The notes under the pieces: generated by a model | What the model was told of the DNA's origin: nothing | Database searches by the model: none | The model's input: the letters and a program-made list of their open reading frames with translations, nothing else | Part shown: one piece after another, positions 12,491 to 21,120 of the stretch | Position numbering within the stretch: the first letter of the stretch is position 1 | Layout: each line of letters starts with the position of its first letter | From: an uncultured Bdellovibrionales bacterium | Lineage (GTDB): Bacteria > Patescibacteriota > Minisyncoccia > Moranbacterales > UBA2206 | Assembly: GCA_964538685.1 (NCBI GenBank) | Contig: CAZIFD010000001.1 | Span: 13,221 to 77,220 of the forward strand | DNA: 64,000 bases | Reading direction: 5' to 3' | Position numbers and translations under genes: made by a program

Positions 12491-13153
12491 ATGGATAAAA
12501 TATTATTGGAAGCCCAGAAACGGGAAGTTTTTGGAAAAAAAGTTAACAAAGAAAGACGAGCCGGACTTATTCCCGGAGTAGTGTACGGAAAAGGAATTGA
12601 TTCAAGAAGTCTTTGGGTGGATGCCAAAAATTTGAAAAAGCTTTTGAAAGTTTCCGGAGAAAGCTCGGTTATTGAACTTTCTTTAGAGGGAAAAAAATAT
12701 AATGTTATTATTAATGAAATTCAGAAAAGTCCAGTAAGGGGAGTGTTATCGCACATAGATTTTTTTAATGTTAATATGGACGAAAAGATTAAAAAAGAAG
12801 TGGAATTGGAATTTGTTGGAGAATCTTCAGCCATTAAGGAAATGGGAGGAATGTTGGTTAAAAGTATTGATGCTGTTGAGGTGGAATGTTTGCCAGCTGA
12901 TTTGCCGAGCGAAATTACAGTGGATATTTCCGTTCTCAAAACTTTTGAAGACAGAATTTGCATTAGTGATTTGAAAATAAGCGACAAAGTGACTATTGAT
13001 TTGGATGGAGAAACAGTGGTTGCAACCATAGCTGCTCCCAGAACTCAAGAGGAGTTGGAAGGCTTGGAGGAAAAAGTAGAAGAAGATATTTCCAAAGTTG
13101 AAGGAGTAATCAAGGAAGATCCGAAAGAAGAAGAAAAATCAGATAAAAAATAA
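12491..13153 (+). CDS. rplY: 50S ribosomal protein L25 / general stress protein Ctc form with acidic C-terminal tail
   Basis: N-terminus MDKILLEAQKREVFGKKVNKERRAGLIPGVVYGKG; 220 aa with a Glu/Lys-rich tail. Confidence 0.85.
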   Translation: MDKILLEAQKREVFGKKVNKERRAGLIPGVVYGKGIDSRSLWVDAKNLKKLLKVSGESSVIELSLEGKKYNVIINEIQKSPVRGVLSHIDFFNVNMDEKIKKEVELEFVGESSAIKEMGGMLVKSIDAVEVECLPADLPSEITVDISVLKTFEDRICISDLKISDKVTIDLDGETVVATIAAPRTQEELEGLEEKVEEDISKVEGVIKEDPKEEEKSDKK

Positions 13154-13176
13154 GTTTTTCTAAAATATGCAAAAAA

Positions 13177-13210
13177 CCGCCAAGGGCGGTTTTTTGTTGT
13201 ATGGTATAAT
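13177..13210 (+). promoter_or_regulatory. terminator hairpin (ccgccaagggcgg + T-run) immediately followed by an extended -10 promoter TGgTATAAT
   Basis: ccgccaagggcggttttttgttgtatggtataat. The same hairpin + TGnTATAAT architecture recurs at 18561-18597, 19661-19697, 20507-20542 and 41678-41695. Confidence 0.55.
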
Positions 13211-13216
13211 AAAGCA

Positions 13217-14509
13217 ATGAAAATAAACACAAAAACAGGCAAAAAATTGAACTTGTTTATTTTGTTGATTGTTTTTCTTTGGTTTTTTTCTTTGGAATTT
13301 CTTACAAATGTTTCGGCTTCTGATGAAGCGGAAGAAATTGAGGGTGATATAAAAAGTATTCAAAAAAAGATTGATGCCAAGGAAAAGATTTTAGAAGAAA
13401 ATCAATCCAATTTGCAAGTGACTGAAAATCAAATATATAAAACAGCCGATCTGATTAAAAAAACCGCGACTGAAATTGAAAGAAAAGAAACGGAAATAAA
13501 AAGTCTGGAACAAAGAATTGAGCTTAACAAACAAATTCTTTCTTCCTATATTCAAGAAATGTATTATAACGACCAAGAAGCGGTTTCCGCTCTGATTCTC
13601 CGAGAGGAAAATTTTAACCAATATTTTGGAAATTTTGATCAAATATTAAACGCCAAAGAAAAAGTTTTGGCAATTGTTTCCGAGATTGAAGAGGATCACA
13701 ATAAACTTCGGGGAGCCAAAGAGGAATTGGCTGAGAAAAAAGAGGAACACGAGGATCTGTTGGCCAAAAAGGAAGAAGAAAAGGATGAGATAGAAGAAAA
13801 TATTATTGAAACGCAAGCCAGTCTTTCCGAATTGAATGAAAAAATGAACACTTTGCGATCTGATTTAAGTCGGATTTTGGGAAAGGCTTATGATACCGGA
13901 GAAATTAAAGATGCTATCAAATTTGCCAACAAAATAACCGGTGTCAGAAAAGGTTTTCTCTTTGGAGTATTATCAATGGAATCAGGCGGAAATCCCGAAG
14001 CGGGAAAATGTACCTACAAAAATAGCGGGATGAGTAGTGCTAGGCAAAAATATTTCAAGGCTATTTGTGAGGAATTAGATTATGACTACAAAAAGCGTCC
14101 AGTTTCTTGTTCTCCGGCCGGTTATTCGGGAAGCGGAGGAGCGATGGGGGCGGCTCAGTTTATGCCTGATACTTGGGCGGGCTACAAAAGTAAGATTGCC
14201 AAGGCGACTGGTCACAATCCGCCTGATCCGTGGGATTTAACTGACGGAGTGATGGCAATGGCGCTCAAATTGGAAGCAGATGGAGCGACTGGAAGTAAGG
14301 TGAGAATAACAGTTCCAAGAGCTGTCAATGCGGAACAATTTAAAAAATATCCCCAATGTAGCAGTTATAAATCTTCAGTTGCTCAAAAAAAAATAAAAGT
14401 GAAGGGTGAGATTTATGCTTCTATGCGATACCTTGGTTGGAATTGTTATGGATATGCCAACTATGCTCCAGGCATTCAAAATTTAGCCAATGGATATGAC
14501 AAACTATAA
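13217..14509 (+). CDS. PcsB-like secreted coiled-coil protein with C-terminal MltB/Slt35-type lytic transglycosylase domain
   Basis: Signal/TM segment, then ~200 aa of heptad-rich coiled coil. The C-terminal block is MESGGNPEAG...GGAMGAAQFMPDTWAGY, matching the catalytic E-S and GAxGxxQFMPxT motifs of MltB-family transglycosylases. Confidence 0.6.
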   Translation: MKINTKTGKKLNLFILLIVFLWFFSLEFLTNVSASDEAEEIEGDIKSIQKKIDAKEKILEENQSNLQVTENQIYKTADLIKKTATEIERKETEIKSLEQRIELNKQILSSYIQEMYYNDQEAVSALILREENFNQYFGNFDQILNAKEKVLAIVSEIEEDHNKLRGAKEELAEKKEEHEDLLAKKEEEKDEIEENIIETQASLSELNEKMNTLRSDLSRILGKAYDTGEIKDAIKFANKITGVRKGFLFGVLSMESGGNPEAGKCTYKNSGMSSARQKYFKAICEELDYDYKKRPVSCSPAGYSGSGGAMGAAQFMPDTWAGYKSKIAKATGHNPPDPWDLTDGVMAMALKLEADGATGSKVRITVPRAVNAEQFKKYPQCSSYKSSVAQKKIKVKGEIYASMRYLGWNCYGYANYAPGIQNLANGYDKL

Positions 14510-14527
14510 ATTTATTAGGAATAAAAA

Positions 14528-15477
14528 ATGACTTTAAATTTGATTATTTATTTAATTTCTTTTTTTGGAGTTTGGGTTGGATCTGGAATAGCCATTCGTT
14601 CAGTTGAACGCTTGTCTAAAATTTTAGGGATATCTTCTTTTCTAATTTCTTTTTTAGTGTTGGGAACATTAAGTTCCACTTCTGAATTATCCGTCGGAGT
14701 CAACTCAATTTTAGAAGATAATCCCAAAATTTATATTGGAAATCTTATTGGAGCTTCTATTGTGATTTTTATGCTCATTATTCCATTATTAACTGTTTTT
14801 GGAAAAAAAATTCCTGTTCATTCCCGATTTCAAGGTTTTAATCTGCCAGCCTCTTTGGTGGTTGTTTTTTTGCCAGTCTTCCTTGTTCTTGATGGAAAAA
14901 TTGATAGAATTGACGGAGATTGATTGCCTTGGGTGTATTTCTATTTTTCTTGATTGGAGTTCAAATGAAAAGAAGCTCATTCATTAGAAAGAGAAAATAT
15001 AAAAAACAAGAATTGATTTTGGCCATAAAAGAATTATTGAGAATTATATTTGGAGCAGTAATTATTTTTGTTGCTAGTAAGTTTATAGTCAATCAAACTG
15101 AATATTTTTCTCAAATTTTCGGTTTCCCTCAGTTTATTATTAGTCTTTTGCTTATTTCTTTGGGAACCAATGTGCCTGAATTATCCTTAGCTTTTCGTTC
15201 TATTTCAATGAAAAACAATAAAGTGGCTTTTGGTGGTTATATTGGTTCTGCGGTTATCAACACTTTACTTTTTGGAGTTTTAACTATAATTTACGGAAAA
15301 GATATTATTTTGGACAGGGAATATATGATAAGCTTGGCATTTTTTATGTTGGCTTTGTTTCTTTTTTATCGCTTTTCCAGAAGTAATAATTCCATTTCCA
15401 GAAAAGAAGGGCTTGTACTCATTTTCCTTTATGTGATTTTAGTTGTAGCGGAAATAACCATTCCTTTAATATTTTAA
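14528..15477 (+). CDS. CaCA-family Na+/Ca2+ antiporter (YrbG-like), split into two ORFs (14528-14923, 14920-15477) by an apparent 1-nt frameshift
   Basis: alpha-1 repeat GTLSSTSELSVGV...GNLIGASIVIFML in part 1 and alpha-2 repeat GTNVPELSLAFRSI...GGYIGSAVINTLL in part 2. Parts 1 and 2 are contiguous in protein order, with frames offset by -1 at 14914-14922. Confidence 0.7.
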
Positions 15478-15487
15478 TATTTAAAAA

Positions 15488-17946
15488 ATGATTTCTAATT
15501 TTAAGGGTCTTTCAGCAAAAGAAGTTTTTTCTAAACAGAAAAAATTCGGACTCAATATTTTGCCGGAAGAAAAAAAAGCGTCTTCTCTAAAAATATTTTT
15601 ATCTCAATTTGCTAACCCGTTGGTGTATATTCTGGTTTTGGCGGGATTGATTTCTCTTTTTTCCGGAAAATATGTTGATATTGCTATTATTTTTTCAGTA
15701 GTTTTTTTGAATGCTATTATGGGGTTTTTTCAGGAATATAAAACTCAAAAAACTCTTTTAGCTCTCAAAAAATTAATTCGTCCCAGTGCTAAAGTTTCCC
15801 GAGATGGAAAACACAAAGAAGTTCCAGTTTCCGATTTAGTTCCTGGGGATATAGTAATTCTTTCCGCCGGCGACAGAGTGAGTGCTGACGGACGGATTTT
15901 AGAAGCAGTATCTTTTTTGTTAAATGAAGCTGTTTTGACCGGAGAAAGTGAAGCAGTAGAAAAAAAGATTGATCAAGAAGTTTTTATGGGTACGGTTGTT
16001 GTTTCCGGTAGAGCGATTTTTAGAGTTGAGAAAATTGGCAAGAAAACTAAAATTGGCGAAATTGCCGAAACATTAAGAGAAACCAAAGAGCCGGAAACCA
16101 CTTTGCAACTTCGTCTAAAAAGATTAACCCGCTTTCTCATAGGAATTTCAATCGGACTTTCTTTTTTAGTTTTTCTTTTTGGTTTTTTCGTTGGTAGGGA
16201 TTTTTGGGAGATGGCGGAAATTTCGTCGGTTCTTTTGGTGGCGGTTATTCCTGAGGCGCTTCTTATTGTTATTACTTTGGTATTGGTTTTGGCAATGCGA
16301 GACAGTCTCAAAAGGAAAGCGCTTATTAGAAAGATTTTGGCGATTGAAACTCTGGGTTCAGTAACTACTATTTGTACTGACAAAACGGGAACGCTGACTG
16401 AAGGAAAAATGCGGATTACCGAATCCCAGTTCGTTGACAAGGAGAATGGATTGCTTTCAATGTGTCTTTGTAATGACCGAAGCGATACGGTGGAAATTGC
16501 TTTGTGGGAATACCTAGAGAAACAAAAAAATTTTGATGCAGAAAAAAATTTGAAGAATATGAGCGGATTTTTGAAATTCCCTTTAATAGTCAACATAAGT
16601 TTATGGCAACCGTCAATGTTTTTGGTGAAGATTGCATTCTGACGGTCAAAGGAGCGCCGGAAGTGGTTTTAGAAATGGCGAATATTTCCAAAGAGGAAAA
16701 ACAAGAAATAATGAAAGCAGTCAACGCTTGGGCTCGCCAAGGACTCAAAGTTTTAGCATTAGCTTCAAAAAACATTTCCCGAAAAGAAGCGGATCAATTA
16801 AGCATAAAATCTTTTCCCAAAGTTTCTTTTGTTGGTCTTCTGGGTCTTTGGGATCCGCCCAGGAAGGAGGCCAAAGAGACTTTGGAAGTAGCCCGTTCAT
16901 CCGGACTGAAAATAAAAGTCGTTACTGGAGACTATCACGAAACGGCAGTTAAAGTGATGAATTATTTGGGCTTGGAAGTTTTGCCAAAAGAAATTTTGAT
17001 TGGAGAAGAAATGGCCTCCTTGAAAGGAGAAAAATTAAGAAAAAGAATTCTTGAAAGCGTTCTTTTTGCCAGAGTGACTCCTCAACAAAAACTTGAAATT
17101 GTTACTGCTTTTCAAGAAGTGGGCGAAATTGTAGCTATGACTGGGGATGGCGTGAATGATGCTCCGGCACTCAAAAAATCCAATATTGGAATTGTAGTGG
17201 GAGACGCTTCGGAAGTATCCAAAGAAACAGCCGATCTGATTCTTCTTGATAATAATTTTAAAACTATTGTGGCAGCAATTGAATCAGGAAGATTGGTTTT
17301 TGAAAATATTAAAAAAATTCTTCTGTTTATCCTTTCCAATTCTTTTGCCGAAATTGTGGTGATTTTGGGTGCTTTAGTTTTAGGGTGGCCTTTTCCATTG
17401 AGTGTGATTCAGATTCTCTGGTTGCATCTTTTAAGTGATGGACCGGAAGATTTTGTTTTGGGATTTGAACCAAGAGAGAAAGAAACAATGCTTGATGGTC
17501 CGAAAAAAATGGACGAGCCTCTTTTGGGAAAGGTGAGTATTGTTTTAATTTTTATTATTTCATTTCTTTCCGGATTTATTTCGCTTGGGTTTTATTGGTT
17601 TTTCGGAATTCGGGGCGGGGATCCGGTCTTGGGAAGTACTATGACCTTTATGTCCTTAGCCTTCACCTCCATAATTTATATTTTTTCTTGTCGGACTCTC
17701 AGAAAACCATTTTGGAAATATGAAAATTTTTGGAAAAATAAGTGGCTTTTCACAGTCGTGTTTTTTAGCTTGATTTTGGCGGTCGTTATTACTTATTTGC
17801 CATTTACTCAAAAAATTTTAGGATTATCTCCTCTCCATCCGCTTCAGTGGTTATTGTTATTTTTCAACGCAGTTATTCTGGTGATGGTCATTGAGCTGGC
17901 TAAATTTAAATTTTATGGTAATGGAAAAATAGAAAACAAAATTTAA
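15488..17946 (+). CDS. P-type cation-transporting ATPase (P2-type, Ca2+/cation ATPase-like), split into two ORFs (15488-16642, 16603-17946) by a frameshift in an A7 homopolymer
   Basis: Part 1 carries the phosphorylation motif ICTDKTGTLTEGKM. The part-2 frame, read upstream, gives EYERIFEIPFNSQHKFMATV then KGAPE, MTGDGVNDAPALKKSNIGI and C-terminal TM helices. The frames switch at 16542-16548. Confidence 0.8.
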
Positions 17947-18030
17947 TTTTTAGCTTTTTCTTTTTTGTCGTAAAATAATAGTATAAAAAAATTGGCGTTT
18001 ATTTATGAGGGAGAGTTTTTGTTCTAATAA

Positions 18031-18345
18031 TTGAAATATTGCAAACATATGATTAAAAAATACATCGCTTATTTTAAAAACAATCCAGAAGGTTATTGGT
18101 TTAAGGCTAAAATTTTTGGTTGGGGTTGGACTCCGGTCACTTGGCAAGGCTGGTTAATAACCATTATTTTTGTTTTAATGATTTATATTATTTCAGTGAT
18201 TAACAAGGCATTTCCTAGTTTCAATAATGATTGGCCTTTCGTTTTAGCAGTAATTGTTTTGGCGGGAGCCTTTATTTTTATTGCTTACAAAAAAGGAGAA
18301 AAGCCAAGTTGGCGTTGGGGCATACCCAAAGATAAAAATAAATAA
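18031..18345 (+). CDS. small hypothetical membrane protein
   Basis: 104-aa ORF with two hydrophobic helices; ATG start. Confidence 0.35.
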   Translation: MKYCKHMIKKYIAYFKNNPEGYWFKAKIFGWGWTPVTWQGWLITIIFVLMIYIISVINKAFPSFNNDWPFVLAVIVLAGAFIFIAYKKGEKPSWRWGIPKDKNK

Positions 18346-18546
18346 TTTTTTAATAAAAAATATGCAAAAAATAAAAATAGAACAACACGGATTTACGGCC
18401 TTTTCTTGGTTTGCCGGCTGGCTTTTTACCGTTGGCTTTTTGCATCTTTCTTTTTGGAAAGGTGTCTTGGCTATTTTGCTCTGGCCGTATTTTATCGGAC
18501 TCACCTTGAGTGCTATGTGAGAAGTAAGTATCAGAGATTTTATTGT

Positions 18547-18597
18547 TTATCCACAACCTTGCAACTGGCAAGGTTTTCTTTTGGTGATATAATAACA
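18547..18597 (+). repeat. 51-bp direct repeat copy 1: DnaA-box consensus (TTATCCACA) + hairpin (ccttgcaactggcaagg) + extended -10 (TGaTATAAT)
   Basis: ttatccacaaccttgcaactggcaaggttttcttttggtgatataataaca. Identical except for 1 nt to the copy at 19647-19697. Confidence 0.8.
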
Positions 18598-18656
18598 CTA
18601 TAACAATTTCAAAAGTTGATTCTGGCTTGGGAGCTGGAATGGTGCAATAAAATCTT

Positions 18657-19637
18657 ATGAGGAGGGAAGATAAAAAAGAGGTGATAATTTATCAAGCGAA
18701 AAATGGAGCTATTGAATTTCAACATGATACTAAGAAAGAAACTATCTGGGCCAATATTAATCAAATAGCCGATCTTTTTGGTGTGCAAAAGTCAGCTATC
18801 TCTAAGCATCTTAAAAATATCTTTGATTCTCGAGAGCTTTCTAAAAAAGTAACTGTTTCCAAAATGGAAACAGTTCAATTGGAGGGTCAAAGGAAGGTGC
18901 GTCGTTTTATAGAAAAATATAATCTAGATGTTATTGTCGCTGTTGGTTATCGTGTAAATTCTAAAAAAGCAACCCAGTTTCGTATTTGGGCGACCAAGGT
19001 TTTGCGTCAATATATCACCAAAGGCTTTGTTATAGACAAGAAAATTATTGCTAAAAATTATTCCGAGTTTCAAAAAGCGATTCAGGATGTTAAAGAAATT
19101 TTGCCGGCTGGGACAAAAATAGACAATAAAAGTATTATTGAGTTAATTTCGGCTTTTGCTGAAACATGGCTTTCTCTGGATGCCTATGACAAAGACATAT
19201 TGACTGTCAGGGGTTTTACCAAAAAATCAGTAAAATTTTCGGCTGAAGATTTAAATAAGGCTCTTTTGGATTTTCGGGAAATTCTTATTAAGAAAAAAGA
19301 AGCGACGGAAATTTTTGGAAGAGAGAGGGAATCAGATGCGGTTGGAGGAATATTTGGAAATGTTATGCAGTCATTTTCTGGACGAGAACTTTATCCGACA
19401 GTAGAAGAAAAGGCGGCTCATCTTTTATATTTTATGGTCAAAAATCATTCTTTTATTGATGGCAACAAGCGAAACGGAGCTTATGCTTTTGTTTGGTTTT
19501 TGAAAAAAGCCGGAATTTTAGATTTTTCAAAAATTAACCCAGCTTCATTGACAGCTATTACTCTTTTGTTGGCGGAAAGTAATCCTAGGCATAAAGATAA
19601 AATGGTTCGTTTAGTTCTTCAATTTCTCAAGAAATAA
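18657..19637 (+). CDS. RhuM-family virulence/defence-associated protein fused to a C-terminal Fic/Doc (death-on-curing) domain
   Basis: N-terminal RhuM-like block IEFQHD...WANINQIADLFGVQKSAISKHLKNIF...VAVGYRVNSKKATQFRIWATKVLRQYITKGFVIDK. C-terminal Doc motif HLLYFMVKNHSFIDGNKRNGAYAF (HxFx(D/N)GNKR). Confidence 0.75.
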   Translation: MRREDKKEVIIYQAKNGAIEFQHDTKKETIWANINQIADLFGVQKSAISKHLKNIFDSRELSKKVTVSKMETVQLEGQRKVRRFIEKYNLDVIVAVGYRVNSKKATQFRIWATKVLRQYITKGFVIDKKIIAKNYSEFQKAIQDVKEILPAGTKIDNKSIIELISAFAETWLSLDAYDKDILTVRGFTKKSVKFSAEDLNKALLDFREILIKKKEATEIFGRERESDAVGGIFGNVMQSFSGRELYPTVEEKAAHLLYFMVKNHSFIDGNKRNGAYAFVWFLKKAGILDFSKINPASLTAITLLLAESNPRHKDKMVRLVLQFLKK

Positions 19638-19646
19638 TTTTCAAAC

Positions 19647-19697
19647 TTATCCACAACCTTGCAACTTGCAAGGTTTTCTTTTGGTGATATAATAACA
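19647..19697 (+). repeat. 51-bp direct repeat copy 2 (DnaA-box + hairpin + extended -10), exactly 1100 bp from copy 1
   Basis: ttatccacaaccttgcaacttgcaaggttttcttttggtgatataataaca. Confidence 0.8.
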
Positions 19698-19768
19698 TTG
19701 CAATATAACACTAATTCTTAGCTGTCATTCTTGCAAAAGCAAGGATTCGGTGTGAGAGATAAAAAATT

Positions 19769-20434
19769 ATGGAAAAATTAACTTCCAAACAAAATATGGT
19801 TTTGGATTGTATCCGAGAATTGATTGATCAAGAAAAAGTCAATCCCACTACTTACAAAGTTCACAAATGTCTTAAGGGACAAGGAATTGAAGTTGGCAGT
19901 CTCAAGGGGACGGTACAAGTGATTGAGGCTTTGGAAAAAAAGGATCTAATCAAAAGAGACAAGGATAAAAAAATTTATTTAGTGGAAAACAAAAGCTTTG
20001 CCAATCTTCGCAATATTTTTTCTATTCCGATGTACGGTTTGGCTTCTTGCGGAGAGGCTTTGGCTTATGCTGAAGACAATGTGGATGGATATCTTCAAAT
20101 TTCCAAAAGTCTTTTCCGGCAGGATGATCCGGCCAAACTTTTTGCGGTTAAGTCGCTGGGAGACTCAATGGACAAGGATCAAATTTCCGATGGTGATTAT
20201 GTGGTTTTTGAAAAGAAAGATGCAGATTTTGATTTTGAGAACAAAATTGTCGTGGCGGTTATCAATGGGATGGCAACCATCAAACGCTACCGGAAACTTA
20301 AGGGAGGACTGATTGGACTTTTTCCAAATTCCACCAACAAAGTTCATCAACCGATCTACTTGGATGAATCCGACTCAATTTTGATTGCCGGAATTTTCAG
20401 AAAAGTATTGCCAGTGAGTTTTGTGAGTTTGTAA
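19769..20434 (+). CDS. lexA: LexA-family repressor (wHTH + S24 peptidase domain)
   Basis: C-terminal VKSLGDSMDKDQISDGDYVVF...NGMATIKRY (Ser/Lys dyad); 221 aa. Confidence 0.8.
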   Translation: MEKLTSKQNMVLDCIRELIDQEKVNPTTYKVHKCLKGQGIEVGSLKGTVQVIEALEKKDLIKRDKDKKIYLVENKSFANLRNIFSIPMYGLASCGEALAYAEDNVDGYLQISKSLFRQDDPAKLFAVKSLGDSMDKDQISDGDYVVFEKKDADFDFENKIVVAVINGMATIKRYRKLKGGLIGLFPNSTNKVHQPIYLDESDSILIAGIFRKVLPVSFVSL

Positions 20435-20553
20435 GTTTTTTAAAAACCGCATCTTATTTTGATTAATCCGAGAGCGGTGTGGATAAGTTCAATTCTTGGC
20501 TTAAAACCTGCTACTTGGCAGGTTTTTATCTTGTGGTATAATAAGCATTACCT

Positions 20554-20569
20554 ACACAATATATAGTGT
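20554..20569 (+). promoter_or_regulatory. NrdR-box-like 16-bp palindrome ACACAATATATAGTGT between the extended -10 (20534-20542) and the nrdR start codon
   Basis: Matches the published NrdR operator consensus acaCwAtATaTwGtgt, as recalled from memory. Positioned to overlap the transcription start. Confidence 0.5.
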
Positions 20570-20591
20570 AAAAAATCCTAAACTTAAATAA

Positions 20592-21044
20592 ATGCTTTGT
20601 CCATTTTGCAATCATAAAGAAACGAAAGTAGTTGACTCCAGGGAAACCAATGAAGGCAAAATTACCCGAAGAAGAAGAGAATGCCTTAAATGTCAGGCCA
20701 GATTCAGCACTTATGAAGAAGTGGAACTTTTACACTTGACCGTTATCAAAAAAAATGGAGAGAAAAAAGAATATGATAAAAATAAAATTGAAGACGGAAT
20801 CAGAAGAGCGTTGGTCAAGAGACCGGTTGGTGAGGAAAAAATTGCCAAGTTGATGGGAGATATTGAATATGCCATTCGGGCTTTGGAAAAATCAGAAGTA
20901 ACCACACGGGAAATCGGAAAAATTGTTCTCAAAAAATTAAAAGAATTGGATGAAGTGGCTTATGTTCGTTTCGCCAGTGTGTACAAATCATTTGCCAGTA
21001 TTGAAAGTTTCAAAAAAGAACTTGATCGTTTGGAAAATGAGTAA
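20592..21044 (+). CDS. nrdR: transcriptional repressor NrdR (Zn-ribbon + ATP-cone)
   Basis: MLCPFCNHKETKVVDSRE... CLKCQARFSTYE; 150 aa. Confidence 0.9.
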   Translation: MLCPFCNHKETKVVDSRETNEGKITRRRRECLKCQARFSTYEEVELLHLTVIKKNGEKKEYDKNKIEDGIRRALVKRPVGEEKIAKLMGDIEYAIRALEKSEVTTREIGKIVLKKLKELDEVAYVRFASVYKSFASIESFKKELDRLENE

Positions 21045-21120
21045 TTTTTATAAATATTTTTTAATTAATTTCAAAAAAGGTACAGTTTGAAGGGGAAACT
21101 GTTAAGACCTAAAAAGAAAA

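Noticed and set aside
14911-14923. Possibility that the CaCA split reflects UGA recoding (genetic code 25 as in Gracilibacteria/Absconditabacteria)
   Set aside because: The two ORFs are not in the same frame (offset -1). TGA is also used as an ordinary stop at several well-defined gene ends, while TAA and TAG are also used. Standard code 11 fits.
18547-19697. CRISPR array
   Set aside because: There are only two repeat copies, separated by a 1049-bp protein-coding spacer, and no cas genes. No other short regularly spaced repeats were seen anywhere in the window.
18547-20486. Cluster of DnaA-box consensus sequences as the chromosomal replication origin
   Set aside because: There are only single boxes, each embedded in a repeated terminator/promoter module ~1.1 kb apart. 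No AT-rich unwinding element with clustered boxes was found. dnaA and dnaN are not in the window (gyrB at 1070 suggests oriC lies upstream of the window).
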